Of a stretch of 32,000 bases of DNA, positions 1 through 6,624 are shown piece by piece. Under the pieces are notes generated by a model, which saw only the letters and a list, made by a program, of their open reading frames with translations, did not search any database and was not told the origin of the DNA. The stretch spans positions 930,001 through 962,000 of the forward strand of contig OW818675.1 of assembly GCA_942493095.1 (NCBI GenBank), given 5' to 3'. The stretch is from Candidatus Electronema halotolerans (GTDB taxonomy: Bacteria > Desulfobacterota > Desulfobulbia > Desulfobulbales > Desulfobulbaceae). The translations under genes and the position numbers were made by a program. The stretch's first letter is position 1; each line of letters opens with the position of its first letter.

Positions 1-2104
1 AGTTGGTGATGTTTTCATCTACCGGGGCAATGAGCAGCTTTTTGACCACCACTGCGCCAATGCGGAACCGGCGCAGCAGGGCAAGGCGCTGGGTGTTGTC
101 GGCCCGCCAGAAGTCCCGCAGATGATAATTCAAATACCATTCATGGGGAACTGGAAAAAGCCGGTAGTTTCCTTCTGGATACATGAAAATTTTCGGCGGA
201 ACAGGCGGATTGCGCCGCAGCCAGGCAATCGCCTCCTGCAAGGCTGGACTGATTTGGCGAAGATTGTATGTTTTAGCCAGCACATAGCCGCCTTGCAGGA
301 AGGCAAGAGCTGCAATCAGGGTGATCAGCCATTTGGGCCGGGGCAGGCAGACGGTCCGCTCGGCGATGGGCAGGAGAAGAAATGGCAGGCCGGGCAGGAA
401 AAAACGGGCATCCGGCGCGCTGGCAAGAAACGCGGCGGCCAGCAGAGTGTAGGACAGCCCGACTCCCCAGAGCCAGATGCTTGAATCTTGGGCTGGCTGG
501 CGGCAGCGCAAACCCAGCAGCTGCAAGATGGCAGCGGCAATTCCGGCCAGCACCAAGAGCCAGAGCAGCAGGCCGCCATAAATGAAATAATTGGCTGTGA
601 TCCGCAGATCACCAGGATGATTGGCAATGATAGAAGCCTTGCGTTCTGAGATCACCGGCTTTTTTTTGGCAGATGCAGCTTTGTGCTTGTGAGCGGGCTG
701 AAGTGATGTATTCGCCGCGTGCGCCTCCGGCCATACTCTTTTCACGATCTGGTGGAATTTTTCCATAGGATAAAAAGGCGAGCCTGTTTCCTTATGGATG
801 GCCGCGCCTAATCCCCAGGTGCAAAGGCCGATCAGGACAAATGAACAGGCGCAGATTGCGGCTGTTCTGAGCAGACTGGTCCGCTGGATGGTCCAAATCA
901 GCAGGCAGAGGAAAAAGGCGGGGAAAAAGAGAATTGCGCTGACTTTCACGCCCAAGGCAAAGGCCATGAACAGGGTTGCCGCCAGCCAGCGGTTTTTTCG
1001 CAGCAAATAAAAGGCGGTCATGGCCTGCGCGGTCATGGGCACGTCCTGATAAAAGGTGACGGAAAAAATCAGGGTCATGGGCAGACTGGCCAAGATCAGC
1101 AGATAGGGCATGGCCGCTCTGGTCTCAACCCCGCCCCGGCTGCGGGCCAAGAGATAGGCGATGCCGAGGAACTGAATCAGATACAGGGCTTGATAGAACT
1201 GCACTGCGGCAAAGGAGCCGTGGGCGAGCCGGAAGAACACCGCCCCCAGATAATGCCAGAGAAAGGAATGCGGATAGGTCCGCTTTTCGGCATGGCCCCA
1301 GCCTGTGGGAATTTCAGCCGTGAAATTGGCTTTTGACAGCACCTTGGCCTGCTGTTCCAGCATGTAATAGTGAGTGACTTCATCGCCGACCATGACCTGC
1401 GGCGCAGCCATGCCTGTCCAGAAAACACCGAGTGCGGCGGCCAGAATGATCAGCGGCGCGCCCAATGTTGTGCCTCTGGCTGGACGGCGGCAGAGCCGCT
1501 GCCACTGTTCCATGAGCTTCTGCTGGAAACGGTGGCCATCTGTCTCTTCCGGCTTCATTTCCATGCCTTCCAGTTTGCTGATCCGCCGCAGCAGGGCGCG
1601 CTGATTCTTCTCCAGTTCAGAAATGGTGATGGAAAAATGAAACACTAAGAGCAGGAGAAAGGCGATGAACAGACCGGCTGCTGCTGCGCCGTAATGCACG
1701 CCCAGCAGGCTGGGAAAGGAACGGAGCAGATTGGGAAACAGGGCAGTGAGCAGGACAATCAGGCTGACCGTGCTCCATGTCAGGCCGTAGCGTTTTTGCA
1801 GGCCGGTTTTCAGCCATGCGGAAATGGTGAGGAAGAGCAGGGACAGACTGAAGAAAATCGCAATCAGGCGGATGCGGAAGGCTGGGTCAAGGCCGCCGAT
1901 GAAGCGGGCCAGACTTTCCTCCAAGGCCACTGCGGCCATGAACAGGCCGGCGAGCAGGCCCAGGAGGCCGCCGAATCGGTTGATCCGCCGGTCCCAGAGC
2001 GCAGTCACCACCAGCATGACAAGGAGCACGCCAAGAAAAAGCAGGAAAAGCTGTGGCAGGGCTGTGCCGAGCCAGCGGGCGGCAAAGGCGGTGATGGTGT
2101 CCAT
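1..2104 (-). CDS. Polytopic membrane protein, candidate GT-C/PMT_2 (ArnT-like) glycosyltransferase with an N-terminal DUF2304-like module. The C-terminus lies beyond the window start.
   Basis: Absent from the supplied track because it has no stop inside the window. Hand translation of the minus strand from ATG 2104..2102 reads to position 2 without a stop (~701 codons): MDTITAFAARWLGTALPQLFLLFLGVLLVM...SELEKNQRALLRRISKLEG...VGDEVTHYYMLEQQAKVL...ILFFPAFFLCLLIW...KKLLIAPVDENITN. The profile is multi-pass hydrophobic. The first ~170 aa (about 4 TM segments plus a short coiled coil) resemble DUF2304. The rest resembles GT-C enzymes, with an acidic DE motif after the first TM of that part. All short track ORFs in 122..2147 are shadows of this frame. 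Confidence 0.6.
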   Translation of the reverse strand, partial: MDTITAFAARWLGTALPQLFLLFLGVLLVMLVVTALWDRRINRFGGLLGLLAGLFMAAVALEESLARFIGGLDPAFRIRLIAIFFSLSLLFLTISAWLKTGLQKRYGLTWSTVSLIVLLTALFPNLLRSFPSLLGVHYGAAAAGLFIAFLLLLVFHFSITISELEKNQRALLRRISKLEGMEMKPEETDGHRFQQKLMEQWQRLCRRPARGTTLGAPLIILAAALGVFWTGMAAPQVMVGDEVTHYYMLEQQAKVLSKANFTAEIPTGWGHAEKRTYPHSFLWHYLGAVFFRLAHGSFAAVQFYQALYLIQFLGIAYLLARSRGGVETRAAMPYLLILASLPMTLIFSVTFYQDVPMTAQAMTAFYLLRKNRWLAATLFMAFALGVKVSAILFFPAFFLCLLIWTIQRTSLLRTAAICACSFVLIGLCTWGLGAAIHKETGSPFYPMEKFHQIVKRVWPEAHAANTSLQPAHKHKAASAKKKPVISERKASIIANHPGDLRITANYFIYGGLLLWLLVLAGIAAAILQLLGLRCRQPAQDSSIWLWGVGLSYTLLAAAFLASAPDARFFLPGLPFLLLPIAERTVCLPRPKWLITLIAALAFLQGGYVLAKTYNLRQISPALQEAIAWLRRNPPVPPKIFMYPEGNYRLFPVPHEWYLNYHLRDFWRADNTQRLALLRRFRIGAVVVKKLLIAPVDENITN

Positions 2105-2163
2105 GAACTGTTTGCTGATGTTAGGTGTTATAGCTGAAGCAGGATAAAGTGGTCACAGCGGCA

Positions 2164-4935
2164 TCACGCCCTCTTTCTCGCCTCCTCCACCAAGTCATAA
2201 ACCAGCTCCTGCGCCTGCCGGGGTGTCAGTTCATCCGGGTTGATGCCCTCCAGCAGCTTGCGCAGCTTGTCCTCCTTGGGCGGGAAGAGCGAGAGCTGCT
2301 GCCCCTGCTTCTTTCCTGATACAGCAATAGTCGGCTCGCCCGCCGGTGTGAACTCGCCCCGCTCAATGTTAGTCAGGATTTCTTGCGCCCGCTGCACCAC
2401 CTGCTTAGGCACGCCTGCCAAGGCCGCCACCTGAATGCCATAGCTGCGGCTGGCCTTGCCTTTGACTAACTTGTGCAGGAAGATGATGCTGCCCTTGTGC
2501 TCCCGCACGGCAATGGAGTAATTCTGGATGCGCTGCTTAGTGGCTGCGAGGTCAGTCAGCTCGTGGTAATGGGTGGCGAACATGGTCTTGACTCCGCGTC
2601 CGTTCTTGTCGGCCAGCTCCTCAGCCACGGCCCAGGCTATAGCCAAGCCGTCGTAGGTTGACGTGCCCCGCCCGATCTCATCAAGAATAACCAAGCTGCG
2701 TTCGGTCGCATTGTTGAGGATGTTGGCGGTCTCGTTCATCTCGACCATGAAGGTTGACTGGCCGCGCCGCAGATCGTCCATTGCTCCCACCCGCGTAAAG
2801 ATGCGGTCAACAAGGCATATCTCCGCCTGCGCTGCCGGAACAAAGCTGCCGATATGGGCCATGAGCACAATCAGGGCGGTCTGCCGCAGCACAGTTGACT
2901 TGCCTGCCATGTTCGGGCCAGTGATGATCAGCAGCTCGTGCTCGTCCTGATCCAACAGCACGTCATTAGGGACAAAGCGGCCCGCTTCCAAGCTGCGCTC
3001 AATCACCGGGTGGCGGCCTTCTGCTATATATAGTGTGTCCGCGTCAGTCATCCTTGGCCGAACGTACTGATAGCGGGCTGCCGCCTCAGCCAGATTAGTG
3101 AAGAAGTCGCTGCGGGCCACGGCATGGGCCGCTTGCAGGAGCCGCTCGCTCTGGGCCGCAATCTGCCCGCGTATCTGGATGAACAAGTCGTATTCCAGCG
3201 TCAGCCGCCGCTCCTCTGCCGTGCTGATCTTCTCCTCCAGCTCCTTCAGCTCCGGGGTGATGAAGCGCTCGGCATTGGCCAAGGTCTGCTTGCGGATGAA
3301 ATACTCTGGCAGCTCGCCCTTCTGCTGCGCCCGGCTGACCTCGAAATAGTAGCCAAAGACCCGGTTGCAGCCCACCTTGAGCTTGGCAATGCCGCTCCGC
3401 TCCCGCTCCTTGGCCTCCAAGTTCAGGACAAGCTGCTTGCCGTCCCGGAGCAGGTGGAGCAGCTCGTCCAGCTCCTCGTTGAAGCCCTCGCGGATCAGGT
3501 TGCCTTCGCGCAGGGTGACAGGCGCATCTTCCCGGATAGCCTGATGGATGAGATCATGCAGATCAAAGAGCGGGTCCAGCTCAAGGCCGATCTCTTGCAG
3601 CAGGCCGCCCGGCGTGTTCATGAGCAGCTTTTTCAGCTCTGGCAGACAGGCGAGCGAGAGCTTGAGCGCGGCCATGTCACGGGCATTGCCGTGCCCAAGG
3701 ACAAGGCGGCTGCACAGGCGTTCCATGTCATAAATGCCCTTGAGCAGCTCCTGCATCTCGCGCCGCCGCAGGTTGTCGGCAAGGAGTATATCCACTGCTT
3801 CCAGCCGCTGCTCAATCCGCGCCCTGTCTTGGAGCGGGAAGAGGAGCCGCTGCCGGAGCAGGCGTGCGCCCATTGGCGTGCAGGTCAGATCAAGCACTGA
3901 GAGGAGCGAGCCGTGCCGCTTGCCGCCGATCAGGGTCTCGGTCAGCTCCAAGTTGCGGCGCGAGGAGTCATCAATGATCAGGAAGCCGGAGCGGGAGAGC
4001 AGGCGGAGCTGGCGGATAAAGGTCAGCTCGGTCTTCTGGGTTTCCTGGATGTAGGCCAGCAGGCCGCCCGCCGCCCGGATGCCGCTGTCCATGCCCTCGC
4101 AGCCAAAGCCTGCCAGGCTGCTGACCCGGAAGTGCTCCAGCAGGGTGCTGCGGGCATTGTGGCCTTCAAAGCTGCTGCTCTCGCGCAGGGTCAGACAGAG
4201 GTTCGGCAGGAGCATCCTCAAGTTGTCGATCAGGGCAGTCAGCGGCTCGGCTTCGTCCTCGGCCAGAAGCAGCTCGGCAGGCTGCATCCGGGTGATCTCG
4301 TCCTCAACCAAGTCAAAGCGGCCCTCGTTGAGCGGCACTTCGCTGATCAGGAAATTGCCGGTGGAGACATCAAGAAAGCTGAGGCCGACAGCCAGCAGCT
4401 TCTGCCCTTTGCGGCTCGCAGTCAGGGCGCAGACAAAGGTGTTGCTCTTCTCATCCAATATCTGCTCGTCCGTGGTCACGCCGGGCGAGACCACCCGCAC
4501 CACCTCGCGCCGGACGATGCCCTTGCTCTGCTTGGGGTCTTCCACCTGCTCACAGATGGCCACCCGGAAGCCAGCCCGCACCATCTTGCTCAGGTAGCTG
4601 GAAACCGCGTGATACGGCACGCCGCACATCGGCACCTCGTTCTCATCGCCCTTGTTGCGCGAGGTCAGGGTGATGCCCAGCACCCGCGAGGCCATTTCCG
4701 CATCATCAAAGAACATCTCGTAGAAGTCGCCCATGCGGTAAAACAAGATCGTGCCAGGGTGCTGCTCCTTGAGTTCAAGGTACTGCCGGAGCATGGGCGT
4801 GATCTTGAGGGCAGCGGGCTGGTCAGGGGCGGTGTTGTCAGAAGCCACGGTGATGGTGCTATGGTTAGGATTGACGGGAAAGGCGCTGGTGAGGAGATTC
4901 AAGGCGATGCCGAAGAAAGGATCACTATCGGCCAA
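2164..4935 (-). CDS. mutS: DNA mismatch repair protein MutS
   Basis: 923-aa ORF with MutS hallmarks: TPMLRQYLELKEQHPGTILFYRMGDFYEMFFDDA (mismatch-binding domain), Walker A GPNMAGKST, STFMVEM and DEIGRGTSTYDG. The longest ORF starts at TTG 4935. An in-frame GTG at 4848 would give a canonical-length N-terminus, so the start is uncertain. Confidence 0.95.
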   Translation of the reverse strand: MADSDPFFGIALNLLTSAFPVNPNHSTITVASDNTAPDQPAALKITPMLRQYLELKEQHPGTILFYRMGDFYEMFFDDAEMASRVLGITLTSRNKGDENEVPMCGVPYHAVSSYLSKMVRAGFRVAICEQVEDPKQSKGIVRREVVRVVSPGVTTDEQILDEKSNTFVCALTASRKGQKLLAVGLSFLDVSTGNFLISEVPLNEGRFDLVEDEITRMQPAELLLAEDEAEPLTALIDNLRMLLPNLCLTLRESSSFEGHNARSTLLEHFRVSSLAGFGCEGMDSGIRAAGGLLAYIQETQKTELTFIRQLRLLSRSGFLIIDDSSRRNLELTETLIGGKRHGSLLSVLDLTCTPMGARLLRQRLLFPLQDRARIEQRLEAVDILLADNLRRREMQELLKGIYDMERLCSRLVLGHGNARDMAALKLSLACLPELKKLLMNTPGGLLQEIGLELDPLFDLHDLIHQAIREDAPVTLREGNLIREGFNEELDELLHLLRDGKQLVLNLEAKERERSGIAKLKVGCNRVFGYYFEVSRAQQKGELPEYFIRKQTLANAERFITPELKELEEKISTAEERRLTLEYDLFIQIRGQIAAQSERLLQAAHAVARSDFFTNLAEAAARYQYVRPRMTDADTLYIAEGRHPVIERSLEAGRFVPNDVLLDQDEHELLIITGPNMAGKSTVLRQTALIVLMAHIGSFVPAAQAEICLVDRIFTRVGAMDDLRRGQSTFMVEMNETANILNNATERSLVILDEIGRGTSTYDGLAIAWAVAEELADKNGRGVKTMFATHYHELTDLAATKQRIQNYSIAVREHKGSIIFLHKLVKGKASRSYGIQVAALAGVPKQVVQRAQEILTNIERGEFTPAGEPTIAVSGKKQGQQLSLFPPKEDKLRKLLEGINPDELTPRQAQELVYDLVEEARKRA

Positions 4936-5037
4936 TTTACGGAAGATTCTTTCCTATGGCAATAAGAAAATTACGAAAAGCCGTCTGTGCAAAATGCCTT
5001 GGAGTCAGGCTCCCTTTCTCTCCCGCAGCATCACCAG

Positions 5038-5198
5038 AAGCACTCCCGTGCAATTCATCATTGCACGGGAGAACTACGCACCATCGCACGAGAGAAGTAT
5101 CTGCCGTTGTACTCTGGTGCAACCCACCGTTGCACGAGAGAGGTATCCATCATCGCACGAGAGAAGTACGCATCGTTACACGGGAGAAGTATCTGCTG
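5038..5198. repeat. Array of seven phased 23-nt units (two 69-nt modules plus one extra unit) built on the core TTGCACG(A/G)GAGA(A/G)(C/G)TA
   Basis: Direct-type units start at 5061, 5084, 5130, 5153 and 5176. They read ttgcacgggagaacta, tcgcacgagagaagta, ttgcacgagagaggta, tcgcacgagagaagta and ttacacgggagaagta. Inverted-type units start at 5038 and 5107, so spacing is exactly 23 nt throughout. Each inverted unit pairs with the next direct unit. The first hairpin spans 5043-5071 (11-bp perfect stem ctcccgtgcaa/ttgcacgggag, 7-nt loop). The second spans 5112-5140 (11 of 12 bp, loop ccacc). The two hairpins are 69 nt apart. Confidence 0.85.
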
Positions 5199-5209
5199 AA
5201 AGCAGCAAA

Positions 5210-5250
5210 TGCCGCCCAAGCCAGTTAGACAGTGCTTGTGAGTCAAACTC
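5210..5250. repeat. Copy 1 of a 40-nt direct repeat. Its last 23 nt also form one arm of an inverted repeat with 6565-6587.
   Basis: 5210-5249 (tgccgcccaagccagttagacagtgcttgtgagtcaaact) matches 6466-6505 at 35/40 positions by hand count. 5228-5250 (gacagtgcttgtgagtcaaactc) matches the reverse complement of 6565-6587 at 22/23. Confidence 0.85.
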
Positions 5251-5254
5251 GCTG

Positions 5255-6292
5255 TCAGGCCCCGGATGATTGATTGAGGTGCTCCTGCTTCCTCGCTTCG
5301 ACAACCGCGCAGAACTCAGCCTTGTTTTTATTGAAATAAGCCTGACACTCTTCCGAGAAGCCAAAGACGGCCCAAGGAGCGGTCTCTGCGGCCAGGCTCA
5401 AGACGCGGTCAACCGTAATCTCGCCGCCTTGAATCTCTGCGGTGCCGCCAGAGCAGATCAGGGAGGCGGCATAGGTCTTGCCAGCGGGAATGAAATAGAT
5501 GTTGCGCTGGGTGACTTTCTTGTATGCCCAGAGCAGATCATCAAGGCGCAGGATGTCAAAACTGAAAAAGGATGACTGAATAAGAAACTCTTTGGTGACT
5601 GTCCAACTGCCGGCTTTGAAGGCGTTGGGTGAGTTGAACTGCCGCTCTGCCGCTGAGGAGATGAGGTGCGGCTTGCCCCAGTTGCTGACCTTTTTGCACA
5701 GCGGGTGCGAGTCAGGGTTCCGCAGGCGCAGCCATGCCGGAATTCCTATGCTGGCCAAGATGACGAGCAGGCAGGCCAAGACCGCAATGACGAACCAGCC
5801 AATGGAGCGAAATTCGTCCTTGCTGTTTAGATAAAACGGATAGAAGCGGCTGCGGTTATCCCGCATCTCCTTGTCGCTGAAAAGGTTCTGGGACACCTCG
5901 GCAGGCATTGGCTCCAATGCGCCCTCAACCGTGGTCTTGGCCGTGTAGCCGCCTTCGTAGATAAGGAATTTGTCTCCCATGACCAGCGCATAATACTTTG
6001 CATCCACAGACTCGCTTTGCTTGACACCGTTCTTGGTGCGGACGCTGATCTTCGTCAGGCCGGTGTCTATTGCTTTTGAGCCGGATACTCTGGCAAAGTA
6101 GCGCGGGGCCGCCGACACATCCTTAATCTGGTCCAGATCAGCCGCGCTGAGATTGTGCGGCCCGCTGATGAAGTTCTCAATGTACCGCTGCTGCGTGAAG
6201 AGCAGCAGGGCAATGCAGACGATGATGACAGCGCAGACTGTGAGCCGCCTCCCGCTCCGCTCCTTGATCATTCTGTGAATCCATGTTTCCAT
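5255..6292 (-). CDS. Hypothetical two-TM membrane protein with no confidently recognised family (architecture loosely like DUF6709 or bacterial PH-domain proteins)
   Basis: The track ORF 5255..6502 is over-extended into the repeat region. ATG 6292 (METWIHRMIKERSGRR...) lies 9 nt after a GGAGGAG Shine-Dalgarno sequence; ATG 6301 is an alternative. One TM segment follows the basic N-terminus (LTVCAVIIVCIALLLF) and a second sits mid-protein (IGWFVIAVLACLLVILASIGIPAW). The C-terminal ~130 aa are soluble. Confidence 0.7.
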   Translation of the reverse strand: METWIHRMIKERSGRRLTVCAVIIVCIALLLFTQQRYIENFISGPHNLSAADLDQIKDVSAAPRYFARVSGSKAIDTGLTKISVRTKNGVKQSESVDAKYYALVMGDKFLIYEGGYTAKTTVEGALEPMPAEVSQNLFSDKEMRDNRSRFYPFYLNSKDEFRSIGWFVIAVLACLLVILASIGIPAWLRLRNPDSHPLCKKVSNWGKPHLISSAAERQFNSPNAFKAGSWTVTKEFLIQSSFFSFDILRLDDLLWAYKKVTQRNIYFIPAGKTYAASLICSGGTAEIQGGEITVDRVLSLAAETAPWAVFGFSEECQAYFNKNKAEFCAVVEARKQEHLNQSSGA

Positions 6293-6389
6293 CCGCTTCA
6301 TCTCCTCCGCATTGGTTATTCTGCCTGCGCTCGTTATGAGCAGTTCGTAGCGCATGATCACGGCGCACCCGCGCCATGCAGGGCAAAAC

Positions 6390-6418
6390 ATCCTAAAAAG
6401 CCGCACAGGCTTTGTCAA
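6390..6418 (-). promoter_or_regulatory. Candidate sigma70 promoter for the hypothetical membrane protein gene
   Basis: The minus strand reads TTGACA (6418..6413), a 17-nt spacer, then TAGGAT (6395..6390). This lies ~95 nt upstream of ATG 6292. Motif match only. Confidence 0.4.
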
Positions 6419-6465
6419 GGAAAAGCTGTGGTTGCTTGTCAGTTCGGAGGAAATGGGACAGAAAG

Positions 6466-6587
6466 TGCCGCCCAAGCCAGCTAGACAGCACTTGTGCATC
6501 AAACTGGATAACGCTTATGAGTCAGGCTCACAAGCGTTTATGACTCAGACTCATAAGTGCTTATGAGTTTGAGTCACAAGCACTGTC
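6466..6587. repeat. Composite palindromic repeat block: copy 2 of the 40-nt direct repeat, three contiguous hairpins and the inverted-repeat arm
   Basis: 6466-6505 is the direct-repeat copy. The hairpins are 6511-6537 (11-bp stem), 6538-6556 (6-bp stem) and 6557-6583 (10-bp stem), all built from cttatga/tca(c/t)aag arms. 6565-6587 is the inverted arm of 5228-5250. 6484-6506 and 6565-6587 are also mutually inverted. The 11-mer gagtcaggctc (6519-6529) recurs at 5002-5012. Confidence 0.85.
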
Positions 6588-6624
6588 GAGTGTGGCCGCT
6601 TCCGTCAGCCAGTCAGCCGTCAAT

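Noticed and set aside
122-2147. Eleven short track ORFs on both strands at the window start
   Set aside because: A single uninterrupted minus-strand frame (2104 to the window edge) explains the region. The listed ORFs are off-frame or antisense fragments of it.
3124-4965. Long plus-strand ORFs (3124..3900, 258 aa; 3913..4965, 350 aa) inside mutS
   Set aside because: They are antisense shadow ORFs of a GC-rich gene. Their translations are low-complexity (Ala/Gly/Gln/Leu/Arg-rich) with no recognisable motifs, while the minus-strand frame is an unmistakable MutS.
5038-5198. CRISPR array
   Set aside because: The units are contiguous with no unique spacers, are degenerate, include inverted copies and are only 23 nt long. 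No cas genes are in the window.
4956-5246. Track ORFs 4956..5228, 4987..5199 (+) and 5058..5246 (-) with internally repeated peptides such as HRTREV, IAREKY and YFSRAM
   Set aside because: The repetition comes from a 23-nt DNA period, which is not a multiple of 3. The same units are therefore read in different frames. There are no ribosome-binding sites. They are treated as a non-coding repeat array.
5205-6502. Two similar Cys-rich peptide starts (MTHKHCLTGLGGICC at 5246 and MMHKCCLAGLGGTFC at 6502, minus strand), considered as paralogous small or RiPP-like peptides
   Set aside because: They are translations of the 40-nt direct repeat. The five nucleotide differences are nearly all non-synonymous. 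The 5246 copy starts only at TTG with no Shine-Dalgarno sequence. No modification-enzyme genes are nearby. The real start of the downstream gene is better placed at 6292 or 6301.
6484-6587. Integron attC (59-be) site or gene-cassette boundary
   Set aside because: The palindrome ends (catcaaact / agtttgag) do not fit the RYYYAAC / GTTRRRY core sites, and no intI gene is present.
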